A program made the translations under genes and the position numbers. From Amphiscolops sp. MND2022 (taxonomy: Eukaryota), in NCBI GenBank assembly GCA_964187785.1, contig OZ076413.1, forward strand, positions 47,928,001 through 47,988,000: a DNA stretch of 60,000 nucleotides, read 5' to 3'. The notes beneath the pieces are model-generated. The model made no database searches. It was not told the DNA's origin and was given only the letters and a program-made list of their open reading frames with translations. Positions 37,526-50,600 of this stretch are shown piece by piece; position 1 is the first letter of the stretch, and every line of letters begins with the position of its first letter.

Positions 37526-39558
37526 GTAATAATACAGTACTGTGATTAAGAAATCGTCCAATTAAAATCGCCTATTTGAATCTCACTTTCAATTTTGATT
37601 GGCGCATCGATTGAAATCTCAGGGGCAGAAAGAACGCTTGTCATTTTCCAAGTTTTGGGCAGCTTTGTGAATTTTTTCTGAAAATTTTTAATTCATCGAA
37701 TTCAGCAGATTGTCTAGAATTTAATGGTATATTTTTGTTTCAAAAACAAAGAATCGCATTTTTTCCTCCGCGAAACGACCAATGTTTTGGGCTCTTCACG
37801 ACCGGGGAAAATCCAATAGGAGTATTAGATATTGCACAGTTTTCATGACGCAGAAAGTTTTCTCAAGGAGTATTGAAACAGTTTTTCTGGCTTTTCGACA
37901 TCAAAATGCTGGCTATAATTTCTGGCTTTCAATCCGAGTACCCAACCGAAAGAACAATTTTTAGATTGATTCAAGTAGAGCCGATTTTTGAGTTATATTT
38001 TTATTATTTCTGCGATAGCACGAGTATTATTGAAACCTCATGATATCAACTTTTTTTCAGTAAAATTATTGGCATGATACCGAATAATTCAAATATTTTG
38101 TTCGGCAGTGACTATAAGCGTGAGAATTAAATTTCTCAAGCTGCCTGCGACAATTGAATTCTCGTGTGATATGAACGAGCAAGTGGTAATTATGCATTCG
38201 TACGCTGACGTCATTGAGCTTCTGACATGAATCCTCATTAAAGTTCGTTTTCTTAAGAAACGAAGAATCTTAGTTATAAATGGATTTTTCAAATTTTTTC
38301 TCCGCCAGTTTCTGCCGATTTCCACTAGAAACGCAGGCGAAATGCTGGAGAATACTTTCCATTTGATCTCGAGGTTAACGCGAGTTCCTCTGCGTGTATG
38401 CGAATTCGAATCCGCGCTAGATGAAATCTTTTTCTGCTTGCAAAATTATAGGAATAGCCAAAGGGTCCCTCCTGCCTTTGGAGTTTTTTTACGACACTGT
38501 GCAACTTTTTTTAACTGGAGGGTCCCGATTTTCAAAACAACGGACCCCTTATGGTTTTTCGGCACTGTAGGACTAATCGAAGAATTTTTTCCGGGAAAAC
38601 GTTTCCGACTTTTTCGACAAAAGTTTTGCTTTTTGAAATTTTGTGTTTAGCAAACCGTTTTCCTTGTCTCAAGGTGAACTGATTAATTTTGGCCCTGTGG
38701 GACTGACTATAGGTTTCTCATTAATTGTGGAAAAGATTGCGGTTTTTCGGCTCAGAGGGGCAAGTCTGAAAGGGAAAAGAGGTGTCACATACGCTGCAAA
38801 GCCTCGTTACAGTGTTAATGACAGTTCCGAAAATGAAAATCTGAAACATCGTTAGGTCGAGGAAAATTGACAAAATACAGCACAAAATCACGTTTGAATG
38901 CTCGTCGTGGGTAAAGAAGGAATTTAGCAAAATTTCTCGTATGTGATGTTAATTTGACAACTTTGCCTCCTCAGCAATTGCACCAGGAATTAATCTTCCA
39001 CGCGGGATTCTTCATGCTCAAAAAACAATATTTCTTTCATGAATACATCGAAAAACACCGATTGATGAGAACGATATATTGAAACGATTAGTGTCGCACT
39101 GCCAAAAAACTCAAAGGGGACCCTGTGACCTACCTAGTTTTCTTCCCCTAATATGAAAAAATAAGTCCTGTGCAGGGTTCGAACCGAGGGCAAGTGAGAG
39201 AAATTTTCAGAATTTTTGAAATCTTTCAGTTCCAAATGTCTTGAAAAAAACCGTTACTGTAGTCAGCTTTTTCTATCGAAAAAACTGATTATATATAACA
39301 GAAAATTTTTTCAACGAATTGTTGCAGATAACTCAAAATATCAAGTCTTGCAATTTCCTTCCTATATTCAATAGTTTTTTTCGGAATGTTGATTGGTGTG
39401 TAGTGAAAGTTGTCATGATGAATTTAGTTTTCATCGAGTGGCTCAGTAGCTAAGTGTAATGCTTTGGTTACCAAAAGCCCATGTCGGATGTCGGGTTGTA
39501 TCTGTTCCAGGTGCATCGTCAGTTACTGTCTTATCTGTGGGGCCAAGTTCGGTTAAGC

Positions 39559-41304
39559 ATGGGCGATAAAGAGAACCAAATGGTGGACGTGGATGAGCGA
39601 ATTGTTTCAGACACCAGGAGTTTCTTCGAGGAGAGCTGGAAGGACACACAGCAGACAAAAGAGCAGATGAACATAGGTGACTTCCAAGAAACATTGTGTG
39701 AGTTGTGCCTTGAGGTACGTCTGCTTAACCTGCGCCAATGCTGCCAATTTGCGGTGTGTGTAGAGTGTCTGGCACAACATGCGTCCACTGTGATCATGGA
39801 GGGATACCAGACAGTGTCCTGTCCGAACTACGACTGCTCTTCTAACTTCACCTACGACGAGATCATCTACCGACTAACTTACTCACAGTTCTCAAATGCT
39901 CGAACTGTCTATCTCGTACGCTGTGCCAACATAAAGAAAAAATCACACGAGTACCTCTGTCCCAATTGCGGACACATTCTTTCGCGTTCCAGTTAGTGCG
40001 TGTCATCTTCATCATTTGTTTAAGGGTTGAGAACATGGACATCTGTAAATGTTTATCACATCAAAATGAGTTTTTAGACTGGGTGTTTTTCTGATATTTC
40101 CAAGTGCTTTTTGAGTTTCGAGTAATTCTCGTACAACTATGACAGAGATGGTTGATCAAAGTCAGTTGCTTTTTTTAATGAAAAGTGTAATCGAAATCGA
40201 GATATATTCTCAGGGATCATTTGTATCGTACTACTACTAGAGATCTGATCTGTGCTTGTTTTTTTCTACATGGGTATCTCGAAGAATCCATGAATTTTCC
40301 ATATTCAGGTGTTCAGAAGCAGACGTATTTGGTGATTTATAAGAACCAATCTGGGCATGCGAGACTCAAATTTCTCTATGAAGGCATCCATTTGGTTTTT
40401 TCTTGGTATTTACCTCTAGAAAGACGATAAGCTCTCTTGTATGCATATATTTCTCCGCTAAATCATTTCACTTTTTTTCCAGTTTCTGCCCCTGCGAATG
40501 GATCGGGAAAGAAAAATGTGAAGCACTCAGGCGCTGCATCTGAAAGCGGGGCCAAAGTAAAAACGAACAAGTATGAAAAGAAGTGTGATAAGTGTTTGTT
40601 CATGACCTGTTCACACTGCAAGTCGCCTGCCCATGGTGCTATCAGCTGCAAGAAGTATCTTCAGGGAGACAAACTCATGAAGCAGTGGTCCCAGAACGTG
40701 GGCACCGACAACAGACGGCGTGCAGTCAAGTGTCCCAAGTGCAAGAGCTGGGTTCAGAAAACTACCGGCTGTGATCATATGAACTGCATCGTCTGTAGAA
40801 CTGAATTCTGCTACCTGTGTGGTGACAGGTCAGAATACCTGCTCTTATATTTAATCTTTCTAAATAATATCCTTCTTTGGCTCATCAAAATGTCGCAGAA
40901 CAGTTTTAACTGATCAGATCCATTTATGGTAGTCATGTTTTACATTGAATTGACCAGAAAATGCAGTGTCTGTTATGCACATGTCTTGCAGACATTCTTC
41001 GACTGGTGTAAACAGTTTGCGAAGATATTGTGACTTTGACAGGTACATTCGGATCAAGCTGATTGGATCGCATAGTGAGAAATTGAGTATTCTGGGGTGC
41101 AGAAACAACTTCTGTGAAAGCAGACCCGTTCTCAGACGCAGTATCAGGGGTGGCATCTTCATGGCTGGCGTGGTGGCCACTCCCGTTGTGGTAGCAGTTG
41201 GCATACCCGTCGTTCTCGTCGGGGGATCCGCCGTCCTAGTCACTGTAGGCGGCATCAAGCTTTTCCGCTTCCTCAGGCGACAGCAAGCCAAGGCTAATAG
41301 ATAA
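39559..41304 (+). CDS. RNF217: RBR-type E3 ubiquitin ligase, RNF217-like, with C-terminal transmembrane segment; exons ~39559-39991, 40483-40828, 41043-41304
   Basis: RING1 CELC..CCQFAVCVEC..CPNYDC, IBR CPNC..CDKC..CSHC..H..C, RING2 CPKC..GCDHMNC..C..FCYLC, then RYIRIKLIGSHSEKLSILGC and a hydrophobic tail as in RNF217. GT-AG introns have matching phases (1 and 2). Start codon uncertain: an acceptor-like TTCCAG lies at 39510. Confidence 0.85.
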
Positions 41305-43607
41305 CATTGAAGATCTAGTTTCGATTAATTTCCAGCTCATTCTCTGTCTCCGTCATTTTAAATACCAGCATATTAAACTCTCGGTTATCCATTGCCGACT
41401 TCATTCGCCGTATGGTTTCATTATAAACACTTCACATCCCATTATTGGCTCGGAAAGATTTTTTAAAATGGTAAAAGCTTGTAAAATGACTAATCTGGGA
41501 CTTTTAGTGTATAGATGGAATACATGCAGAAAGGGCTCCCGCCTGGTCTAAGCGTCAATTTTGAAGGTTCAATCCAACTCAGTTTAAATGGTGAAAACAG
41601 TCTGGTTGTTACTGTTCGCTCTATGTGGATAATTGAGAGTCTAATATGCTTTTTACCCATTTTTACTTGCTGATCTATCAATTCTATACATATCAATAAT
41701 CGCACAGTACACTCACATGTACTCTTCCAATGCGAAATGTGCGACTAAAGTTCGCAAAATCATTAGGCGTTCCAAAATTAATTACCGAACAGGGGTTCCA
41801 TTCTTTTATCGCATCACTTCCTTAAATGTTTGATGATTTGCAGTGTGTATAAGCAGAAATGAACAGTTTTAAAAAACTGAGAGTTGAGTTAATAACCACC
41901 CCCCCCCCCAATTAATAGTAGAGTGAAAAATCCTATACTTGCTAGATATTTAGACGAGTGCCTTCAACCTTGTCATCCCAGTATCGTTCGTAGAGGTGAA
42001 CGCCCGCCCAATTGACCTATATGAAAACATTGCAAGTTGGGTCGTTTCTAAAGTGGAGACTGGGGGTGGAGATTGTGTACACTCAAAATAAGAGTGGAGA
42101 TTGTGCTTGATAAGAGATGACTGTTTGAATAACTACAACTGAAATGATGTCCCTAAATGCCAACTCCTCGGTATGTTTTACTTTAGCGATTTAGTTTGAT
42201 TTGTTGTTAGTTATTGTGCTACTGAGTAAGCGATCCAATGAATAGTGTAGTCATGCAATCTTGAGTTTTTACCAATGCTGCATGCATAATGGCTGCCCAA
42301 AACTTTACTGTTTCAAGTGCAGAAACCTTGAAGATTGTCATCGAATGAATGAAACAATCAAATTCTGATTCATTATGACAGAATTGAGTTTATAATGAGT
42401 AAACAATGTTTTGCGAAAGCTACATTTTCTGCATTGTTTAACTCGAAGGTATATATACTACAATTGTGCCGCAAGGTACCAATGACGTGTTCGAGAAAAG
42501 AGTTGTTTGCAATCGATATATTGTCTTTTCTCCAACATGACTCACTTTGTTCACATGTGTTCGCAATGTGTGAAAGATGTCTAAAAACGGTGCATCCTCT
42601 GAAAAACTTGAGGTCATCAGAAAGTATTAATGAAGCGATGACTTTAACAGAAAAGCGATGGAAACGCTGTTCATTTTAATGCACTTGTTTCCGCTATTTA
42701 ATAAATGATCAATTACCCAATCAAGTTTTACGCTTGTATGTAATGTAAGTTCATGTGTGGAATACTCAAATTATGTTTGAGTTATTTTTAATTAATTGTT
42801 CAAGTTTTTTCATCACTTTCCATTGATTGACGGTGCATATTGTTTACCTATAGAATCTTACCCATAGAATCATAGATAGTTCATAAATTGCTATTTTTGC
42901 AAGCAAAGTGAATTTATTTTCTCATTCTAAGTCTTTTTGCAATGTAACGAAAAGTTTAGTAACTCCAATTCCAACCGACTTCAGTTATTTCACTGAAGTT
43001 CGATGCAATCAAAAATACATTGCCAATTTTAAATTACGTTGCCAATTTTAAATTGTGTCGAACCACACTTCTAAACAAAACCTAAAATTTTCCCTAAAAA
43101 TAAAAATCGGACATTACGTCAATTCGGACATTTATTTCGAAGAGCTACCGAAGTTTGACACTGTTTAGAAGCGAACTACCGCGCTCTAGGGGTACCAATA
43201 AACGAAAACAAATTACTACAAATGTACTAAGTCAAAAAACCCAAAATGAGATTTTTTATGTGAGTCGTAGAGTGACGAAGTAACATTGATACGGACCTTT
43301 AAAGCTTAGACAACACATTTTACTAACTGGAAAACTACAACAAAAAACTACAGAAAACCGTTAGGTAATGACAATATTTTCTAAATGTCGCACAATTCCG
43401 AAAAAAATATTGGCTTTCGTCTCATTCAGTTTTAAGCTATTGATAAATGCAAGAGAATCAAACGGGGCTCTTGGGTAACCTTGTGCTCACTTCAAGAAAT
43501 GGGCTCATTCAAAATTTGACAAAAACTAGGATCAAAAATACAGTACCAAAAAAGCTTAAAGGGAGAACCTTAATGTCTGCTGCCTTCGCAAGCAATAAAA
43601 ACTGGTC

Positions 43608-43682
43608 ATGCTCGGCATTCGAACCCATTTATTTTTGCTGACGAACCCAGCCGCGCCAGAGTCGCGGTAACCACTAAGCCAC
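43608..43682 (-). other. tRNA-derived Pol III-like head (A/B boxes) inside a degenerate repeat
   Basis: Minus strand GTGGCTTAGTGG ... GGTTCGAATGCC. No convincing cloverleaf. Confidence 0.35.
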
Positions 43683-44642
43683 TTAGAAAGTATGTTCCAC
43701 ATGGGCCAGGCAAATAATGTTGAAAAACTTAAGATCTCTCAAATACGAAGGGATACGCATTCACCCTTAAAACTCGAAAAACGGTTTTCTTCAACAGAAA
43801 ATCAAAAACGGGAAAAATTCGTAAACATAAATTGAAAAGGTCGGGAAAACTCTCTTAAAAGATTCTGCGATAATCATCAGTCACACATTACAAATCAAAA
43901 GTCACATTCAAGTGTCGGAAAACGGTTTTCTTCACCAGAAAGCCCCAGAGAGCAAAATTGTAAACAACCTTTTTCGGTAAGCTGCATAATACTAAGGGGC
44001 CCTCTCTGTTCGCAGTGGTACTGATGTTTTTGTATAATTTTGAAACACAAAAATTCCAAGCGGGACCTTTTAAGGTGAATTAAAGCTGACAATCACAAAA
44101 GCCCAATAGTTTTTTTAAACATCGCATTGTGCCAAAATTACCCAAAAATTGTTACCCTTATGCTCAAAAACGCGTTTTCCAAGCTGAAAACATTAAAAAA
44201 AACCAACGCAGTAAAATTCTAGAGTCGTAAAAGCCCAAGGGATTGCACAATGCTTTGTTGCTGCTAAAATTTGAAGGAAAGTTCGACTTAAAGAATCAAA
44301 AAAGGTTGCATATTCATGAAAATTTCCAAAGGATCCTTTGATCTACCCTCTACTTTTGCAAGCATAAACATCTTCGGTGTAGTGTTGAAATCCCACCCTT
44401 GAACAAGCAGAGTTACGCATTCACCTGTAGAGTTAACCCCTAGGCCAGAGGTAAATAGTTTTCAGGTAAACTAGCATCAGTATCTATAGGCAGAAACTGA
44501 GGAGAAAAATGTATAAAAAAGATAAGGATGTTCTAGTTTCTCAAAGCCAACAATAAAAGCAAAAGTTCATTTATGATGAGTTATCTCCAATTCTTTTACA
44601 TGAATGGTCACAACAACATCACATTTGAACAGTTTGCAAAGG

Positions 44643-47600
44643 TGTTTCAAAAGATTTCTTTTAGGGCAATTTTAGCTTTCCAAAATAATCTTTCTTCATC
44701 TTATTCTGAATGTATTCGATACGTAAAAATATTCCAAACGTAAAAAGAATCAATGTAACTTCTCAGAATGAATGATGAACAAATACTAAAGATACTAAAG
44801 TCAGTTGAAATATTTTCAGTCGAGTTTGAAGAAGTGAATGAAATTCAACATCCTCCCGCCAGCACTGGAAAAGGGATGGGTGCAAATCCACATTGACGTC
44901 AGACGCGGCAGGTTGATAAAGATTTCACTTGTTGGATTTAATGCCGGAGAAAGCAAATTTACCGTACTAGTTGATTTCACCTTGTACAAGTTAGATTCAA
45001 TTTTCAGAGCAACAATAGTGTTTCTTGAAATTTTTCAAGAGGTGATATCAATTGCAGTGGTCTCCGGAAAGTTTTCCCGGATGAAGTCACTCCAGCAGCT
45101 CTGACTTGACCATCTCGTCCGATAAGTAATTTTGACAATTTTCCAATGCGCCAACAATGTCGCGGACGTTTTCATGCAATAACACAATGTCATTTTCTTT
45201 TGGAGGCGGGTTCGACAAATTGTTTGATGGAGAATTAAAAAAGAGTCGCAGCTCTATCAAATATTCATTTGACCACACTGCCCAAAGTAGATAGACCAGT
45301 GTTTTCAGGAACTGCTGTCGTCGTTGAAATGATTGCAGACTGCTCTCAGGGATTTCGAAGGCTGAACCCAAAAGACTTCTGCTGTTGACGAGATGAGAAG
45401 GCGTTCCGTATCTACCTTCCGTATCTCTAATTCCGTATCTACCTTGTACCTCAAAATACTCACTTGGCACTTAAGATAGCCAACTTTTCGTTTCTCCACT
45501 CTCTGAGGAATTCCTGGAAAGTCCTACCACTTTCTTCTGACAAAACGTCGTCTCAACCCAGTGACTTTTTTCAAAGATACTGAATTGCTAACTTTAGCTC
45601 CACCACCACTGGTGAAACTAACCCCAAAGGACCCCAGACGCTAGAAATTACTCCCAGCGCTATTCGTTTTGTCAGCTTGTCTTTTCCGCTAAACATTTCA
45701 GGAAAGTGGAAAAATCAAAGTAAATTGCATATCCTTAGACTTGATGCGGAAGCACCATCACCTTCATGCCTACCTGTCCTTCGGAAATGCTTTCCTCCAG
45801 CCTCAGCCATCACCTTTTCTGAGAGTGAAATCAGCCCTTCCGCTTCCTCCACCATGGGAATACTGAGAGTCGAATCATTAACATAAAAGCTGTCGATCAA
45901 GGATTTCAGCAACCTTTTATCCTCTTCACTCTTTGCCTTTTCTAGACACCCTTGTAGATGATACCTGATTGTTGCGTTTAGAAGAAATGGACAAGGAACA
46001 AAGTCAAAAACAACCCTCAAGTACCCAAATACTGTCACCTTCCTATTGTAATCAAAGAGATAGTTATACCAAAGCATAGTTATACCTCAACGCATCAATG
46101 TCGTCTTGGTGTTCACAAACAATTTTCAATATCGGCAAGAACTGTGACCTGAAATAACTTGAACCTTAGTAAGTTAGCAAACGAAGACATCAATAAGTTT
46201 GGACCCTTAGAAAGAAAGTCAAATATGGAAAAGTCAAACTTTGATGACCTCGCTGCACTATCCAGCACCACCCTGAGTTTCGTGGTTACCTTATCTTCTC
46301 TAATGAGTGCATGATGAGGTGTGTAATGACACTTATTGCTTGTGTTAATGTCCTGTTCTGTCACCTCTTCCAGGATCCGAGTCCCCACTTGTTCCCTCAA
46401 AACCATACTATTCCTTCAACCAACCCTTAGCAATGATCCGTCTCGTAGTTGACACTAACTTGCTTGTTGCTAACTTGTGATCGTGTAAAAACTCTTCATT
46501 CCCGTTCTACGGACGCTTACTTACGTACTTTTCCCCTTTGAAGGTAACTGCTTTTTCGAAATCCGCTAGTATAATGTCTTCTTCTGTATTAATACCCAAG
46601 CTTTCCAAGTTCCAGAAAGATTCGACCTTTTTTGACAGAGTATCTGCAATCTGTACAAAACTCCAGAAAGTTCCCATCGAACTTTCAGATTTCTGAGCCC
46701 GCACTGTAAAGGCCCCCGACAGAACCTAATCAAACTTACTGCTGACCGCGCTAAGTCTATTACCATAGCAACCGGCAATGACTCGTCATGTCCCGAATTT
46801 GTGGAGATCTGAACCAATCAGAACATTGACAGATAGCGTCCCAACGACGTCATCTTGAAAATCATCCGCAAATGGAAGGATGCTCAAATAACGATGCTGC
46901 CCCTTGACAGCCTGAACGTTGCACGGTCTCAGCAACGGAGAACAAACAGTGTTTATTCCCTCCAGATGAACAACCATTTTTCTCGACGAAGTCTGAATTA
47001 AAACCTCCTATACCTCTCTGTTCAACATGCTGAACCTCATTGGAACCAAATCCGTTCACACCAAAAACCATGTGATCCACGACTTTCAACCTACACCTAC
47101 CTGCAAACTCGTCCGTAATGCAAGATTGTTGCCAAAATTTTTCAAGAAGTATTCTTCCTCGACATGCTTCATCCTTGCTATTAGAAACTCCGGTAACTGC
47201 TGCTTCGAGTAATACCAAAGTACCAGAGGTGGAACAGAGAGATGTCTGCTCACGATTGCTGACCTTCGAACCTTCTCTGCTCGAAATTTGTCCTCGGCTC
47301 CCGACGGATGTGAACTGTTTTCCAAGTTTTGTTCCTTGCCTGAAGCGTTCCCCTCTGCTCTTGCCTTTGACATGTTTTTAAACAAACAGCCTGATGATGC
47401 TTCTGCCCGCTCTCAAAACAACCTCGTCCCATCTTACAAACCCGCGATAGATGCGCAGAAAACAAACACTTAAACCACCGTCCATTCTGCATCAGTCTCT
47501 TCTTTCGTTCCAGCGGTGACTGTACTACTAAGCACCTGTGACTACTGTGTTGACCTGAACAGAAAACACGTCCTTTTTCCTGTGTCTTACTTTTGAAAGA

Positions 47601-50600
47601 TGAAGTAGTATGATCACCTGCAAACAATTTTCCTACTCCCGTTTCTTGTCCCTGTTTGTTGGGAAAGCACACTTCTTGCTTTGATCTCTTTGCTGAGAAG
47701 CTGCAACAGTTCCTTTAAATCCCAAATCTCAGAAGAAATTAAACGCGTTATATTCAATTTGATATCCTCAGGTTTCACAGCAACAATAGTGTTTCTTGAA
47801 TTTTTTCAAGAGGTGAAATCAATTGCAGTGGTCTCCTAAAATTTTCCCGGTTGAAATCACTCCAGCAGCTCTGATTTGACCATCACGTCCGATAAGTAAT
47901 TTTGACAATTTTCCAATGCGCCAACAATGTCGCGGACGTTTTTCATGCAATAACACTATGTTATTTTCTTTTGGAGGCGGGTTCGACAAATTGTTTGATG
48001 GAGAATTAAAAAAGAGTCGCAGCTCTATCAAATATTCATTTGACCACACTGCCCAAAATAGATAGACCAGTGTTTTCAGGAACTGCTGTCGTCGTTGAAA
48101 TGATTGCAGACTGCTCTCAGGGATTTCGAAGGCTGAACCCAAAAGACTTCTGCTGTTGACGAGATGAGAAGGCGTTCCGTATCTACCTTCCGTATCTCTA
48201 ATTCCGTATCTACCTTGTACCTCAAAATACTCACTTGGCACTTAAGATAACCAACTTTTCGTTTCTCCACTCTCTGAGGAATTCCTGGAAAGTCCTACCA
48301 CTTTCTTCTGACAAAACGTCGTCTCAACCCAGTGACTTTTTTTCAAAGATACTGAATTGCTAACTTTAGCTCCACCACCACTGGTGAAACTAACCCCAAA
48401 GGACCCCAGACGCTAGAAATTACTCCCAGCGCTATTCGTTTTGTCAGCTTGTCTTTTTCCGCTAAACATTTCCGGAAAGTGGAAAAATCAAAATAAATGC
48501 ATCTCCTTTGACTTGATACGAAAGCCCATCACCTTCATGCCTACCTGTCCTTCGGAAATGCTTTTCTCCAGCCTCAGTCGTCACCTTTTCTGAGAGTGAA
48601 ATCAGCCCCTCCGCTTCCTCCACCGTGGGAATACTGAGAGTCGAATCATTAACATAAAAGCTGTCGATCAAGGATTTCAGCAACCTTTTATACTCTTCAC
48701 TCTTTGCCTTCTCTAGACACCTTTGTAGAAGACACCTGATTGTTGCATTTAGAAGAAACGGACTAGGAACAAAGTCAAAAACAACCCTCAACTACCTAAA
48801 TACTGTCACCTTCCTATTGTGATCAAAGGGATATTTATACCAAAGAAACCTCAACGCATCAAGGTCGTCTTGGTGTCCACAAACAATTTCCAATATCGGC
48901 AAGACCTGTGACATGAAATAACTTAAACCTTAGTAAGTTAGCAAACAAAGACACCATTAAATTTGGACCCCTAGAAAGAAAGTCAATTATGGAAAAGTCA
49001 AACTTTGATGACCTCGCTGCACTATCCAGCACCACCATGAGTTTTGTGGTTACCTTGTCTTCTCTAATGACTGCATGATGAAGTGTGTAATGACACCTAT
49101 CGCTTGTGTTAATGTCCTGTTCTGTCACCTCTTCTAGGATCCGAGCCCCCACTTGTTCCCTCAAAGCCATCATATTCCTTCAACCAACCCTTAGCAATGA
49201 TGCGTCTCGTAGCTGACACTAACCTGCTTGTTGCTACCTTCTTGTGATCATGTAAAAACTCTTCATTCCCGTTCCACGGACGCTTACCTACGTACCTTTC
49301 CCCTTTGAAAGTAACTGCTTTTTCGGAATCCGCTAGTATAGTGTCTTCTTCTGTCTTAATCCCCAAGCTTTCCAAGATTCAGCAAGATTCGACCTTTTTC
49401 GACAGAGTGTCTGCAATCTGTACAAAACTTCAGAAAGTTCCCATCGAACTTTCAGATTTCTGAGCCCGCACTGTAAAGGCCCGACAATGACAAAGCAACC
49501 GACAATGACTCGCCATGTCACGAATTAGTAATGGAGATCTGAACCAATCAGAAGATTGACAGACAGCGTCCCAACGACGTCATCTTTAAAATCATCCGCA
49601 AATGGAAGCATGCTCAAATAACGATGCTGCCCCTTGACAGCATGAACGTTGCACGGTCTCAGCAACGGAGAACAGATAGTGTTTATCCCCACCAGATGAA
49701 CAACCATTTTTCTCGACGAAGTCTGAATTGAAGCCTCCTATACTTCTCTGTTCAACTTGCTGAACCTCATTGGAACCAAATCCGTTCACACCAAAAACCT
49801 TGTGACCCACCACTTTCAAACTACACCTACCTGCAAACTCGTCCGTAATGCAGGATTGTTGCCAAAATTTGATAAGAAGTAGTCTTCCTCGACATGCTTC
49901 ATCCTTGCTATTAGAAACTCCGGTGACTGCTGCTTCGAGTAATACCAAACTACCAGAGGTCGAACAGAGAGAAGATGTCTGCTCACGATTGCTGCCCTTC
50001 GAAACCTACTCTGCTCGAAAATTGTCCTCTGCTCCCAACGGATGTGAACTGTTTTCCAAGTTTTGTTCCATTCCTGAAGCGTTCCCCTCTACTCTTGCCT
50101 TTGACATGTTCATAAAACAAATAGCCTGATGATGCTTCTGCCCGCTCTTAAAACAACCTCGTCCCATCTTACACACCCGCGATAGATGCTCAGAAAACAA
50201 ATACCTAAACCACCGTCCATTCTGCATCAGTCTCTTCTTCCGTTCCAGCGGTGACTGTACTACTAAGCACCTGTGACTACTGTGTTGACCTGAACAGAAA
50301 ACACGTCCTTTTTTCTGTGTCTTACTATTGAAAGATGAAGTAGTATGATCACCTGCAAACAGTTTTCCTACTCCCGTTTCCTTGTCTCTGTTTGTTGAGA
50401 AAGCACACTTCGTGTTGCTTCGATCTCTTTGCTGAGAAGCTGGAACAGTTCCTTTAAATCCCAAATCTCAGAAGAAATTGAACGCGTTACTTGCAATTTG
50501 ATATCCTCAGGTTACATCTCCTACAAGATTGGAATGAGAAGGGAACCAAATGTACTTTCGTCAACTGACAAAGACTGCAAACCTCAAATGATGACCTCAA

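Noticed and set aside
39165..39195. tRNA gene (GGTTCGAACC)
   Set aside because: Isolated B-box-like motif inside a repeat, with no cloverleaf.
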